Shown here in pieces: positions 1 through 10,826 of a DNA stretch of 64,000 nucleotides. Position 1 is the stretch's first letter; each line of letters starts with the position of its first letter. Source of the stretch: Candidatus Latescibacterota bacterium (GTDB lineage Bacteria > Latescibacterota > UBA2968 > UBA8231); NCBI GenBank assembly GCA_965203355.1, contig OZ241889.1, forward strand, positions 3,744,001 through 3,808,000. The letters run 5' to 3'. Both the position numbers and the translations under genes were made by a program. The notes below the pieces were generated by a model. That model was not told where the DNA came from, ran no database searches, and was given only the letters and a program-made list of their open reading frames with translations.

Positions 1-1236
1 ATGCTGCGCGACGCCGGCGTCTCGTCGCACCTCATCAGCGATCACTACCACTACTGGGAGAGCGGCGGAGCCACCTACCACACCCAGTACAACACTTGGC
101 AGTTCTTCCGCGGCCAAGAGGGCGATCCGTGGATCGGTCAGGTCGCCGACCCACCGCCCGTAGAGGCGCACGGGAGCAATGCAGGCCGCAGCCTGTGGCA
201 TCGCCAAGACCGCGTCAACCGACAATACATGCGCCGCGAAGAAGACCAACCCCAAGCCCAGACCTTCAAGGCCGGCGTCGAGTTCATCCGCCGCAACCAC
301 GCCGCCGACCACTGGTTTTTGCAGATCGAAACCTTTGATCCGCACGAGCCGTTTTTCACCCAGCGCCCATACCAAGATCTCTACCCAGCACTCTTTGAGA
401 ACCGCTCGTCCGCGCTGTTCGACTGGCCGGCCTATGGCCCAGTGACCGAAGAGCAAGCCCTCGTCGATCAATGCCGGGGCCACTACGCATCGCTTTTGAG
501 CATGTGCGACGCCCGCCTCGGCGACATCCTCGACGAGATGGACCGCCTCGCGCTGTGGGACGATACCATGCTCATCGTGTGGACCGACCACGGCTTCCTG
601 CTCAGCGAGCACGACCTGTGGGCCAAGGTCCAGATGCCTTGGTACCGCGAATTGTCCAACACGCCGTTCTTCGTCTGGGATCCGCGCTGCGGCCAAGCGG
701 GCCAGCGGCGGCAGAGCTTGGTGCAGCCGTCGATCGACTTGGGGCCGACCTTGCTGGACCTCTTCGGGATGGAGCCGACCGCAGACATGCTGGGCCAGAG
801 CCTGGGCGCAGTCTGCGCACACGACGCCCCGGTGCGCGAGGCCGCGATCTTCGGCAATCACGGCGGGCAGGTGAACGTCGTCGATGGCCGCTACGTGTAC
901 ATGCGCGCCCCCGCCCGCCCCGACAACCAGCCTTTGTACAACTACACGCTCATGCCCACGCACATGCGCGACTTATTTTCAGTCGACGAATTCGCCAACG
1001 TGGAACTCGCCGAGCCGTTTGCTTTCAGCAAGGGTTGCCGGCTGCTGCGGACGCAAGGACACACGCGGACCAAGCAGCACGAGTACGGGACCCTGCTCTT
1101 CGACTTAGAGCAAGACCCGCGCCAAGAAAACCCGCTCTCTGACGCGGCGTTAGAGCAGCGAATGCAGGGGCTGTTGCGCGCGCAAATGGAAGCGTGCGAC
1201 GCTCCGCTAGAGCAGTACGAACGTTTGGGAATCTAA
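1..1236 (+). CDS. Sulfatase family protein (5' end probably outside window)
   Basis: Sulfatase motifs FDPHEPF, TDHG..L.EH and C-terminal LFDLEQDP.QENP; the N-terminal catalytic motif is not in the window. Confidence 0.85.
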   Translation: MLRDAGVSSHLISDHYHYWESGGATYHTQYNTWQFFRGQEGDPWIGQVADPPPVEAHGSNAGRSLWHRQDRVNRQYMRREEDQPQAQTFKAGVEFIRRNHAADHWFLQIETFDPHEPFFTQRPYQDLYPALFENRSSALFDWPAYGPVTEEQALVDQCRGHYASLLSMCDARLGDILDEMDRLALWDDTMLIVWTDHGFLLSEHDLWAKVQMPWYRELSNTPFFVWDPRCGQAGQRRQSLVQPSIDLGPTLLDLFGMEPTADMLGQSLGAVCAHDAPVREAAIFGNHGGQVNVVDGRYVYMRAPARPDNQPLYNYTLMPTHMRDLFSVDEFANVELAEPFAFSKGCRLLRTQGHTRTKQHEYGTLLFDLEQDPRQENPLSDAALEQRMQGLLRAQMEACDAPLEQYERLGI

Positions 1237-1250
1237 CTCAGGAGAATACT

Positions 1251-3152
1251 ATGCAGAGTCCGGCGCAAAAAGCCATCGTCATCGGCATGGATGGAGCCGC
1301 CATGGAGTTGGTGCAACACATGGTGGATCAAGGGCACATGCCCCACTTAGGTCAACTCATGGCGCAGGGTGTCAAGCGGCCCATGATCGGCGTCTTCCCA
1401 ACCCTGACGCCCCCCGGCTGGACGGCCACTTCGACCGGGGCTTGGGCGGGAACCCATCAGGTCATGGACTTCAACATCCGCAAACTCGGCGGGCGTCTCG
1501 ACGAGACGGTGTGGGGCATCAACACCGAGCTTTCGCAGGCCGAGTACTTGTGGAACACGGTCGAGCGCGCTGGCAAAAAGCCCATTTTAGTCAAGTGGGA
1601 AATGTCCTGGCCGCCGACCGTGCAGACCGGCATCCAAGTCGAGGGCACCGGGCCGGGCGTGTCCAACGTGCATCAGCTCACCGGCTACCATCTCTTTGTC
1701 GGCGGCGGCTGGACGCCCCGGCCCATCGGCGGGCCGCGCGACCCTGAGACGTTGGACCCAAGCGCCCTGCAAAAGGTGCGCAACGTCGATCCAGTGGCGA
1801 TCGTCCCAGCCGCAGGATGGCAAGATGCGCCCGCCTCGGCGCTACCGCCCAAAGAAGTGGTGCTGGTCGTTGAGTTGCTCAAGCGCGGTCGAGCGGATAG
1901 GCGCCGCCAAGGCCGAGCCGGAACGCCTAAGCATTTCTACGGCCTGATATACGCCTCAGCCGACCAAGGCTACGACCGGCTGCTCATTTGCCGCAGCCGC
2001 CATGCAGGTGATCGCGTCGCCGAGCTGGCGGTCGGCCAGTGGACCGATTGGTGGAAAGACCACTTTGAGATCGACGGCCAAACACGCGCCGGGTATGTGC
2101 GCATGAAGCTCGTCAGCCTGAGCGCAGCCGGCGATGTATTCGAGCTTTTTGTGCCGCAGATCTGGCCGGCGAGCGGCTACACACAGCCCGAGGAAGTGGC
2201 GCGGCAGATCGACGAAAACGTCGGCAATTTCCTGCAAAATCCAGCACGCGATGCCTTGGGCGTGGTCGATGACGACACCTATTTCGAGCTGTTGGATTTC
2301 CACCACCAGCGTCTGGCCGAAGTGGCGGCGTACCTAACCGAGCACAACGACTGGGACGTGCTGTTCATCGAGACCCACGCCTCGGATTACACCAGCCACT
2401 TCTTCCTCTCGCAAGCCGACGAGTGCAGCGGAGCCGACCCGCACACGCTGGCGCGCTGCCAAGCGGGCGTGGCCCAAACCTATGCTTCCATAGATGACAT
2501 GATCGGCCGCGTCGTCGAGCTGGCCGATGACGACACCGTCGTCGCGGTTGTCTCCGACCACGGCGGCACCCCCAACCAGCACCAGCCGGTCGATATCGCC
2601 GAGGTGCTGGAACAGGCCGGCTTTTTGATTTATGCCGACGCCGAGAAAAAGCAGATCGACTGGCAGCAGACGCGGGCGGCCCCGGTGGGGCTGGTCCACA
2701 TCTTCGTCAATCTCCAAGGACGCGAGCCTACGGGAATCGTCGATCCCAGCGACTACGAGCAAACGCGCCTCGACCTCATCGAAGCCCTCCACGCCTATCG
2801 CCATCCCCAGACCGGACGCGGCCCTTTTGCCCTCGCCCTGACGCGGGAAGACGCCGAGATGGTCAATCTGGCCGGTGAACTCGTCGGCGATGTGGTCTAT
2901 GCGCTGCGACCCGAGTACGACGGAGCGCACGGCAAACAGCTCCCCTCGGCCACGCTCGGCATCGGCGGGCAGCACTGCACGTTCGTGTTGGCTGGGGCTG
3001 GGGTCAAGCAAGGGCTGGCGCTTAGTCGGCAAGTGCGCGCGGTAGATGTCGCGCCGACCCTGTGCTACTTGCTGGGCATTCCCATGCCCGCGCAGGTGGA
3101 GGGCGGCGTGATCTACGAGGCACTCGCAGACGCGGACTGGCACCTGCGATGA
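1251..3152 (+). CDS. Alkaline phosphatase superfamily / nucleotide pyrophosphatase-phosphodiesterase family protein
   Basis: IGMDG, PTLTPPGW (catalytic Thr), VSDHG and DVAPT motifs; GGAG RBS before ATG 1251. Confidence 0.85.
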   Translation: MQSPAQKAIVIGMDGAAMELVQHMVDQGHMPHLGQLMAQGVKRPMIGVFPTLTPPGWTATSTGAWAGTHQVMDFNIRKLGGRLDETVWGINTELSQAEYLWNTVERAGKKPILVKWEMSWPPTVQTGIQVEGTGPGVSNVHQLTGYHLFVGGGWTPRPIGGPRDPETLDPSALQKVRNVDPVAIVPAAGWQDAPASALPPKEVVLVVELLKRGRADRRRQGRAGTPKHFYGLIYASADQGYDRLLICRSRHAGDRVAELAVGQWTDWWKDHFEIDGQTRAGYVRMKLVSLSAAGDVFELFVPQIWPASGYTQPEEVARQIDENVGNFLQNPARDALGVVDDDTYFELLDFHHQRLAEVAAYLTEHNDWDVLFIETHASDYTSHFFLSQADECSGADPHTLARCQAGVAQTYASIDDMIGRVVELADDDTVVAVVSDHGGTPNQHQPVDIAEVLEQAGFLIYADAEKKQIDWQQTRAAPVGLVHIFVNLQGREPTGIVDPSDYEQTRLDLIEALHAYRHPQTGRGPFALALTREDAEMVNLAGELVGDVVYALRPEYDGAHGKQLPSATLGIGGQHCTFVLAGAGVKQGLALSRQVRAVDVAPTLCYLLGIPMPAQVEGGVIYEALADADWHLR

Positions 3153-3182
3153 AGGCCGCTTACTACGGCGGCAACCGCACGC

Positions 3183-3257
3183 AGTGGCCAGTAGCCAGTG
3201 GCCAGTAGCCAGTGGCCGGGACGTGGACTGACCACCGACCACTGACCACCGACCACC
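3183..3257. repeat. Intergenic heptamer tandem repeats forming two imperfect inverted arms
   Basis: (AGTRGCC)x5 followed by (ACYGACC)x4; the arms are approximate reverse complements. Confidence 0.8.
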
Positions 3258-3272
3258 AACCCAGAGGTTTTT

Positions 3273-4040
3273 ATGAGCATCTTGGACCTTTTCAAGCTCG
3301 ACGGCCAGACAGCCCTCGTCACCGGGTGCCGCCGAGGCATCGGGCGCGGGTTTGCGCAAGCACTGGCCGAGGCGGGCGCGGATATCGTCGGCGTCAGCGC
3401 CTCACTCGAAGCAGACTCCGAAGTCAGCAAAGACATTGCCGAGCGCGGCAAGCACTTCACAGGCTATGCCTGCGATTTCAGCGACCGAGCGGCCGTCCGC
3501 GCTTTCGTCGAGCAAGTCGCCGCCGAAGTCGGCCCAATCGACATCCTCATCAACAACGCCGGCACGATTCGGCGCGCTCCGGCAGAGGATCACGGAGACG
3601 AAGATTGGGACCACGTCATCGAGGTCAACTTAAACGCACAGTTCGCGCTGGCGCGGGCATTCGGCAAGCAGATGCTGTCCCGCGGCCGCGGCAAAATCGT
3701 CTTTACCGCTTCCGTGCTGACCTTCCAAGGCGGAATCACCGTGCCGGGCTACGCCGCGGCCAAGGGCGGCATCGGGCAGTTGACCATGGCGCTGGCCAAC
3801 GAATGGGCCGGGCGTGGAGTCAATGTCAACGCCATTGCGCCCGGCTACATCGCCACCGACAACAATCAAGCCCTGCGCGACGACCCCGTGCGCAACGAGC
3901 AGCTACTGGTGCGGATCCCAGCGGGCCGGTGGGGCACACCGGACGACTTAAAAGGCGCGGTAGTGTGGCTGTCGTCGCGTGCCGCCGACTACGTGCATGG
4001 GGCCATCGCAATCGTCGATGGCGGGTGGATGGGCCGCTGA
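3273..4040 (+). CDS. kduD: 2-dehydro-3-deoxy-D-gluconate 5-dehydrogenase-like SDR
   Basis: TGCRRGIG, NNAG, FQGGITVPGYAAAKGG, ANEWA and VDGGWMGR are typical of KduD. Confidence 0.85.
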   Translation: MSILDLFKLDGQTALVTGCRRGIGRGFAQALAEAGADIVGVSASLEADSEVSKDIAERGKHFTGYACDFSDRAAVRAFVEQVAAEVGPIDILINNAGTIRRAPAEDHGDEDWDHVIEVNLNAQFALARAFGKQMLSRGRGKIVFTASVLTFQGGITVPGYAAAKGGIGQLTMALANEWAGRGVNVNAIAPGYIATDNNQALRDDPVRNEQLLVRIPAGRWGTPDDLKGAVVWLSSRAADYVHGAIAIVDGGWMGR

Positions 4041-4041
4041 T

Positions 4042-6777
4042 ATGGAAGAGGCCGATCTGCTAGCATTTTGGGGCAAGACGCCGCGTGGTATTGAAAATTG
4101 CTCGGAAACAGTAAGCAATAATGCTGGAGGACAGCGGGACTATAAGCCCGTCTTACATCATTTAATGGATGTCGCCGCCGTCGCCCTACAATGGCAGCAA
4201 TTAAATCCCGCCCGTCTTGAGCGCGAAGCCGCTTTGCTGAAGGCGGATCCAGCGTGTTTAGCCAAGACTATGGCTTTTCTAGCTGGCGTACACGATCTCG
4301 GCAAATTTTCACGCAGCTTTCAGGCAAAGGTACCTGCATTGTGGCCAGATCGGGTGCTCGGCGGCTTGAATAGCGAGATCGCCGACCGAGGTCATTGGCG
4401 CAATACGGCTATCCTTCTCAGGGCCGAGCCAATCGCCAAAGAATTCACCAACCTGTTCCCTAGCATTTCCTGTGATCCTTTAGGACCGATCATTGCTGCT
4501 ATTGCGGGACACCATGGACAACCAACTAAAGCTGGAGAACACAACGCCCGTCCAAGCGAGTATCGGTCCGACCCAGATCTTATGGGACCATGTGTGGACG
4601 CGGCTCGTGCTACCTTTTGCATTCTCCGCAACCGTATAAATCCTTCACCGCTGACGTCCCTCAAAAAGCAAAAACAGTCGGCGCAGTGGTCTTGGCGTTT
4701 GTCGGGGTTTGTCACGCTGGCCGACTGGGTTGGCTCTGACACTGATTACTTCTCATTTGAATCGGTCAATATGCGGCTAGGCGATTATTGGAACTGGGCA
4801 CTTGCTCAGGCTGAAAAAGCCCTAAGGGGCAAGGGACTGCTTCCCCACTCCCCGGAACCTCGTCCAAGTTATGCTCGTTTCGCGCCGCAAGCTGCTGCCC
4901 GCCCGAGGCCCGTGCAGAAAAAAGCCGCCGCCGTACCGCTTTCGGATGGAGCACAACTATTCATTCTAGAGGATACTACCGGGGCGGGTAAGACCGAAGC
5001 GGCTATTATGCTCGCGGCCCGGATGATGGCCGCAGGCAAGGGCGAGGGCCTGTACTTTGCGTTGCCGACTATGGCGACGGCCAACGCTATGTACGAGCGG
5101 CTGGCAGAGACATACCGGATGTTGTTTGAATCGGGAGAGTACGCTCCCTCGCTTGTCTTGGCGCATGGCCGATCTAATCTGTCCGAGGCGTTCCTCACCA
5201 TCGTCAAATCTTCGGATATGGCCAATGGCAGCGAGGATGAAACCGCATCCGCTTCTTGTACCCAGTGGGTTGCAGACGACCGTCGGAAAGCCTTTTACGC
5301 AGATGTTGGAGCGGGGACGATTGACCAAGCCTTTCTCTCGATTCTCCCCAAAAAACATTTAACGCTGCGCCAATACGGGCTAGCGGGTCGCATTCTTATC
5401 GTTGATGAGGCCCATTGTTTTGATGCTTATATGGAAGAGGAACTTTCCAAGTTGCTGGAACTGCACGCCCAAAATGGCGGATCTGCTATCGTACTCTCGG
5501 CGACCTTGTCTTTGGAGCAGCGTCGCGATATGGCAGAGGCGTTTGCCAAGGGCCTCAACTTGCGAGACCCAGACGAGCTTAGCGATCAACTGTGCAGTAA
5601 AGCGTACCCGCTGCTCACTTCGGTTGCGCTTGGCAATCCACGAGAAATCAAACAGGAATTCGATTCAGCATTGCGTCGCACTGTAACGGTAGAACGCCTG
5701 CCCGACCGCACAACCGCCGAGACACGGGCTCTTTCCGCTGCAAAAAAGGGAGCGGCCGTGCTGGTCATTTGCAACGCCGTAGATGAGGCCATTGCCGTGC
5801 ATGTCTCACTTTCAGGACAGATGGATCACCCGGAGAAGGTACACTTGTTCCACGCTCGGTTTGCCCATGGCGATAGACAAGATATAGAAGCAGACGTATT
5901 GCGCCGATTCGGGCGCGACGCCAAAGCGACGGACCGGGCCGGCCATATCCTTGTGGCCACACAGGTAGTTGAGCAAAGCCTCGACCTCGATTTTGATCTC
6001 GTCATTTCGGACCTCGCACCAGTGGACCTCATCATTCAGCGGGCCGGCCGGATGTGGCGGCATTTGGACAAGCGCCCGCCGGAAAGCCGTCCGGTGGAGA
6101 ATCCGCATATCCTCGTGGTCTCGCCGGACCCGGATCAGGTAGAAGACAAAAAATGGCTTGAGCCGGTACTGGGCAAAGCGGCCTTTGTCTATCAACATGG
6201 CGGCGTAATGTGGCGCAGTGCGAAGGCCCTATTCGACGATGGACGTATTGACACACCGGAAAGTTTTCGCCCGTTGATTGAGCGCGTTTACGATAATGAA
6301 GATGTGCCACCCATTCTCGAAGGATCGCAGATCGAGGACGAAGGGAAGGAAATGTCCAGCCACTCGCTAGGTCAGTTAAACGTTATTGACTTAGAGGATG
6401 GCTATGGTTCTCTTCCGACGGAATTGAGCGGTACCGAGGACATAGGTACTCGGCTAGGAGAGCCGACCGTCACGTTGCGATTGGCTCGCGTAGAGGCGGG
6501 ACGTCTTGTTCCTTGGCGCGAGGCGTCCGACGATCTCAGCCGGGCTTGGGCCTTGTCCGAAATCCGAGTGCGGGATAAAGCTGCGCCGCCAACCGGAGAT
6601 CAAGAACTTCAGGATCAGGCCAAAAGCGACTGGCCAGCGTGGGAACGCAACGAGATATGTATAGCAGTGGTAGAAGGGGATGGTAGGGTTCGATTGGAAG
6701 GGACGGAACCGGACAGCGGCTATTTCACCTACTGCCATCGGGTCGGTTTCAGACGTTTCCCGCAGACGCGGGAATGA
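4042..6777 (+). CDS. cas3: CRISPR-associated helicase/nuclease Cas3 (HD + SF2 helicase)
   Basis: HD motifs HLMDV and HDLGK, TGAGKTEA, DEAH, ATQVVEQSLD, QRAGR; first gene of the cas operon. Confidence 0.97.
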   Translation: MEEADLLAFWGKTPRGIENCSETVSNNAGGQRDYKPVLHHLMDVAAVALQWQQLNPARLEREAALLKADPACLAKTMAFLAGVHDLGKFSRSFQAKVPALWPDRVLGGLNSEIADRGHWRNTAILLRAEPIAKEFTNLFPSISCDPLGPIIAAIAGHHGQPTKAGEHNARPSEYRSDPDLMGPCVDAARATFCILRNRINPSPLTSLKKQKQSAQWSWRLSGFVTLADWVGSDTDYFSFESVNMRLGDYWNWALAQAEKALRGKGLLPHSPEPRPSYARFAPQAAARPRPVQKKAAAVPLSDGAQLFILEDTTGAGKTEAAIMLAARMMAAGKGEGLYFALPTMATANAMYERLAETYRMLFESGEYAPSLVLAHGRSNLSEAFLTIVKSSDMANGSEDETASASCTQWVADDRRKAFYADVGAGTIDQAFLSILPKKHLTLRQYGLAGRILIVDEAHCFDAYMEEELSKLLELHAQNGGSAIVLSATLSLEQRRDMAEAFAKGLNLRDPDELSDQLCSKAYPLLTSVALGNPREIKQEFDSALRRTVTVERLPDRTTAETRALSAAKKGAAVLVICNAVDEAIAVHVSLSGQMDHPEKVHLFHARFAHGDRQDIEADVLRRFGRDAKATDRAGHILVATQVVEQSLDLDFDLVISDLAPVDLIIQRAGRMWRHLDKRPPESRPVENPHILVVSPDPDQVEDKKWLEPVLGKAAFVYQHGGVMWRSAKALFDDGRIDTPESFRPLIERVYDNEDVPPILEGSQIEDEGKEMSSHSLGQLNVIDLEDGYGSLPTELSGTEDIGTRLGEPTVTLRLARVEAGRLVPWREASDDLSRAWALSEIRVRDKAAPPTGDQELQDQAKSDWPAWERNEICIAVVEGDGRVRLEGTEPDSGYFTYCHRVGFRRFPQTRE

Positions 6778-6822
6778 GCCGTATTGATCCGTCGGAAGAG
6801 TTTTTGATTAAGGAGGAATCCA

Positions 6823-8457
6823 ATGCCAATAACTTTCAATTTACTTACCGATGCTTTTTTTCCAGTCGTCACGCGCCATGAAGCACAAAAGTGGTGTGCC
6901 TTCCCCGAATTGGTGGCCGGGGCCAACGGCTCGGAAGGAGACTACCCAGTTGAGTTCAACTGGCCACGACCGGATTTTAATATGGCCTGCTTTGAGTTCT
7001 GCGTCGGCGTGATTGCACTGACCTTTGACATCCGCGACGAGGACGAGTGGCGTGAATTTTGGACCAATCCACCGAATCGAGACGGGCTCGCCCAAAAGCT
7101 GGCCCCCTTCGTCCACGCCTTTGATCTCAACGGCGAAGGGCCGCGCTTTCTGCAGGATTTTGAACCTCTTTCAGGCGCAGCGACCGATATTGAATCACTG
7201 CTTATTGACACCCCCGGACAAAAAGGACGCCGCGAAAACTCGGATCTGCTAACTCACCGCAACCGCTATGCTGTTCTTGGCTTGCCGGCTGCGGCTATGG
7301 CCCTGTACTCCCTGCAAGCCTACGCGCCATCTGGCGGCGCCGGGAACCTTACCTCCATGCGCGGGGGTGGCCCATTGACCACGCTGGTCGTTCCGGTCGC
7401 TCAAGACGATGCGCTTCCCGTGCCTTTGTGGCGCAAAATTTTTGCTAATGTAGTACCCGATGAACGGCTGAGAATAGGCGAGCTGCCCAAAGCCTTGCCT
7501 TGGCTGGCCCCAACTCCTTCGAAGGGGCACACGGTGTCTTTGGCAGACGCCCACCCCTTGCAGACGTATTTCGGGATGCCGCGGCGCATTCGGTTGGGTT
7601 TTTCTAGCGAGCCGGGGATCTGTCCCATGACCGGATGGAAAGGGCCACAGGTCACCGAATTTGTTCAGCAGCCTTGGGGCACAAAATATGGAACATGGCA
7701 GCATCCGCTGACGCCGTATCGCCGCCAGAAAGAGGCGGGGGAGCCGTATTCAGCCAAACCAAAATCGGGGCGCTTTGGCTATGGTGCTTGGGTCGCCGCC
7801 ACAGTAGGTAGCAAGGAGGGCAAGCTGGCTGAACAGGCCAAAAATATCAAGATCGCCAAGAATGCTCGCCGCTACGCCTTCGCAGCCGATGCCCGGGTTC
7901 GGGTCGGCGGTTGGGCCATGAACAACATGGAAGCAATCACCTATATCTTCGCCGAAGAGCCTTTACATCTGGCGAAGAAGGAGGAGCAACAACAAGCACT
8001 CGACGATCGTGCCCGAGATTTCTCCGAAGCCGCCGACCAAGCGGTTTTTCTGTTGTTAGCAGCCTTGAAAAAGGCACTTTTCAGCGGCCAGAAGAATACC
8101 TCAAATGATAGGGGAATTCTCGACCAAGCACGGACAGATTTCTTTGGCACAACGGAGAATGCATTTCACCAACTGCTCGACGACTTGCTCCAAGCAATGC
8201 CCGAAGATGGTTCCTTAGCCGACATGAACGATTATGCCCAGCACTGGCTAAGGATCATGCACAGCGCAGCTCTTGCTACCTTCGACCGCCTAGCACCAGT
8301 GCCCTTGCAAGACGCCGAGAAGGCCAAGGCTGTCGTCAACGCCTACGGCATCTTGAACGCAACCTTTGCTGGCCGGACCAAGGAGAGCAAAAAACTTTAT
8401 GGCAAACTCCAACTTCCTTTGCCCAAAAAACCTCAAACCCAAAAGGAGGCCCTTTAA
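6823..8457 (+). CDS. cas8e: Type I-E Cascade large subunit Cas8e (Cse1/CasA)
   Basis: FNLL..FFPV N-terminus, RFLQD, SGGAG..TSMRGGGP, MPRRIRL, WQHPLTPY; operon position. Confidence 0.95.
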   Translation: MPITFNLLTDAFFPVVTRHEAQKWCAFPELVAGANGSEGDYPVEFNWPRPDFNMACFEFCVGVIALTFDIRDEDEWREFWTNPPNRDGLAQKLAPFVHAFDLNGEGPRFLQDFEPLSGAATDIESLLIDTPGQKGRRENSDLLTHRNRYAVLGLPAAAMALYSLQAYAPSGGAGNLTSMRGGGPLTTLVVPVAQDDALPVPLWRKIFANVVPDERLRIGELPKALPWLAPTPSKGHTVSLADAHPLQTYFGMPRRIRLGFSSEPGICPMTGWKGPQVTEFVQQPWGTKYGTWQHPLTPYRRQKEAGEPYSAKPKSGRFGYGAWVAATVGSKEGKLAEQAKNIKIAKNARRYAFAADARVRVGGWAMNNMEAITYIFAEEPLHLAKKEEQQQALDDRARDFSEAADQAVFLLLAALKKALFSGQKNTSNDRGILDQARTDFFGTTENAFHQLLDDLLQAMPEDGSLADMNDYAQHWLRIMHSAALATFDRLAPVPLQDAEKAKAVVNAYGILNATFAGRTKESKKLYGKLQLPLPKKPQTQKEAL

Positions 8458-8987
8458 TGCAGCATGTTGAAACGCTCACTGATGCCGTGGAAAGCTGGAG
8501 GCAAGAGCTTCATGATCCAGATCACGGAAACCGGGGATCCCGAGCGAGACTAAAACGCTGCGACAGCATATTAGACGCTCTGTTGGAGCCAGAAACCCAC
8601 AGGCTGATCGCCCGTGTTCATGAACGGGCTACTAGCTATATACCTGAGCGGAAACTCCCCATACTAGCCTTGGTCTTGGCACGGGTTGAGCATACGGCCA
8701 ATTCTCCCACTTTCGCTAAAGCCTTGGGCTTTACGTGGGAGAATACCATTCCCACCAGCGACACCCGTCCTCGCCTGTCGCCCATGCGCTTCAGTGCGCT
8801 GCTCAGGGCCGGCGCGGATGCGGATATGGACGACTTCGCACGAGCATTGCGCCGGGCTCTGGCCATCCTAGGCGACACTCGATTTAACGTCCGCCGCTTT
8901 ATCCGCGACATGCTTTTCTTTAACGATCAGACCCGGCGCACCTGGACCTTTGAGTACTATCATACGCGCCAAAACGACACCTTATAA
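8457..8987 (+). CDS. cas11: Type I-E Cascade small subunit Cas11 (Cse2/CasB)
   Basis: RARLKRC, RLSPMRFSALL, W..EYY terminus; lies between cas8e and cas7. Confidence 0.9.
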   Translation: MQHVETLTDAVESWRQELHDPDHGNRGSRARLKRCDSILDALLEPETHRLIARVHERATSYIPERKLPILALVLARVEHTANSPTFAKALGFTWENTIPTSDTRPRLSPMRFSALLRAGADADMDDFARALRRALAILGDTRFNVRRFIRDMLFFNDQTRRTWTFEYYHTRQNDTL

Positions 8988-9015
8988 AACAACCACCCCA
9001 AAAGGAGACTCAATT

Positions 9016-10125
9016 ATGAGCCGCTTTGTGCAGATGCACCTTCTGACAGCCTATCCGCCATCCAACCCCAACCGAGACGACCTCGGCCGTCCCAAAACCG
9101 CCGTTATCGGCGGCGTATCACGCATGCGTATTTCCAGCCAGTCGCTTAAACGAGCCATCCGCACCGACGAGGCTTTCCGGGCTACCCTGATGGGGAATCT
9201 GGGTGAGCGCACTCAGCGCATGGGCGACAAGGTGCGAGCACACCTACTTGAACAGGGTGCGTCTGAGGACAAGGCCCTCGAAATCGCGCGAAAAGTCGCA
9301 GACCTATTTGGGAAGGTAAAAGGGAAAGACGACGATAAACCCTATATCGAACAGCTAGCTTTCATCTCACCGGAAGAACGCAATGCGGCCTTCAAGTTGG
9401 CAGAAAGAGTACTTGCCGGGGAGTGCCCGCTTCTGCTTAAAAAGGATAAGTTGACGAAACAAGAAGAGAAGGAGTTGAAAGAGTTGACGAAACAAGTCCT
9501 ACGCAGTGCCGACGGTGCTGTTGACATCGCCATGTTCGGTCGCATGTTAGCCGACAACCCAGACTTCAATCGCGATGCCGCTGTACAGGTAGCTCACGCC
9601 TTCACCACTAACCGGGTCGATGTAGAAGACGATTACTACACGGCTGTTGACGACTTGAAGACCTCGGCAGAGGATGCGGGCGCGGGATTCATCGGCGAGG
9701 CTGGTTTCGGCGCGGGCGTCTTCTACCTGTACATCTGCGTGAACCGAGATCTGCTTTTGCAAAACCTTTCGGGTGATACAGACTTGGCAGGCCGAGCACT
9801 CGCCGCCCTAGTACGCGCTGCGGCGACCGCCTCTCCTTCTGGCAAGAAAAACAGCTACGCCAATCACGTACGCGCCGAATACCTGTTGCTGGAGCGCGGG
9901 GACGCCCAACCTCGCAGCTTGGCCAGTGCCTTCACTAAGCCGGTAGGTTCGGGCGATCAACTCGCAGAGTCCGTAGAGAAGTTGAAGAAGCAGCGCACCG
10001 ACTTTGAGAAAGCCTATGGTAAGGATTGGAGCGACGATATTGAACTTCACGTAGGCAAAGAAGCCAGTGCTACGCTGGATCAACTGGCGACCTTCGCAGC
10101 GCAAGAGATGGAGCGTTTGGCATGA
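9016..10125 (+). CDS. cas7: Type I-E Cascade backbone Cas7 (Cse4/CasC)
   Basis: PSNPNRDDLGRPK, RISSQSLKR, DIAMFGRM, DYYTAVDDL; AGGAG RBS before ATG 9016. Confidence 0.97.
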   Translation: MSRFVQMHLLTAYPPSNPNRDDLGRPKTAVIGGVSRMRISSQSLKRAIRTDEAFRATLMGNLGERTQRMGDKVRAHLLEQGASEDKALEIARKVADLFGKVKGKDDDKPYIEQLAFISPEERNAAFKLAERVLAGECPLLLKKDKLTKQEEKELKELTKQVLRSADGAVDIAMFGRMLADNPDFNRDAAVQVAHAFTTNRVDVEDDYYTAVDDLKTSAEDAGAGFIGEAGFGAGVFYLYICVNRDLLLQNLSGDTDLAGRALAALVRAAATASPSGKKNSYANHVRAEYLLLERGDAQPRSLASAFTKPVGSGDQLAESVEKLKKQRTDFEKAYGKDWSDDIELHVGKEASATLDQLATFAAQEMERLA

Positions 10126-10826
10126 GTGCATGGCTGATCGTCACCCTTGCCGCACCCATGGCCAGCTTCGGCGAAGAGGCGGGCAATGTACGGCGTGGCA
10201 CGACCGACAGGCCGGCACGATCAGCCCTATTAGGGCTGGCTGGTGCGGCACTAGGCATTGATCGCGCCGATCCAGAGGGACAGCGGGCACTTGCTGCCTC
10301 CTTCCGCGTCGCTACTCGCACACTGTGCGCCGGAACATTGGCGACGGATTTTCACACTTACCAATCGCTGCCTTCGGCCAAGGGGCGTCCCCGCACTCGG
10401 GGAGATGCACTGGCTCGTTCCGCGGACCTCGCGACCCGTATCACCTACCGCGAGTACCGCGTGGATGTGCATTATCAGGCGGCGTACCGAGCCCGCTCAG
10501 GTGGGCAATACTCGTTGTGGGATCTCAACGCCGGGTTTGAGAAACCGGCTTATACATTGTATTTAGGACGCAAGTCTTGCCCACTATCGCGCCCACTCGC
10601 GCCGGAGATCATTGAGGCGCAAACCATCATTGAGGCGTTCAAGCACTATAGCGACCAGTCGAATGGCCTAATTGCCGTGGAAGATCGGGCGGACCTCGGC
10701 TCTCCCCACGCTCCCTTGCGCACGCGCCTGCGAATGGACGAGCCGGGCGACCGCACGAGTTGGCAGTTCGGGCAACGGCGCGAATACGAATACGTTCCCA
10801 CCGACAGCGAGGAGGCTTTGCAATGA
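10122..10826 (+). CDS. cas5: Type I-E Cas5 (CasD)
   Basis: APMASFG, SALLGLAGAALG, DFHT, LYLGRKSCP. Confidence 0.96.
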   Translation: MSAWLIVTLAAPMASFGEEAGNVRRGTTDRPARSALLGLAGAALGIDRADPEGQRALAASFRVATRTLCAGTLATDFHTYQSLPSAKGRPRTRGDALARSADLATRITYREYRVDVHYQAAYRARSGGQYSLWDLNAGFEKPAYTLYLGRKSCPLSRPLAPEIIEAQTIIEAFKHYSDQSNGLIAVEDRADLGSPHAPLRTRLRMDEPGDRTSWQFGQRREYEYVPTDSEEALQ

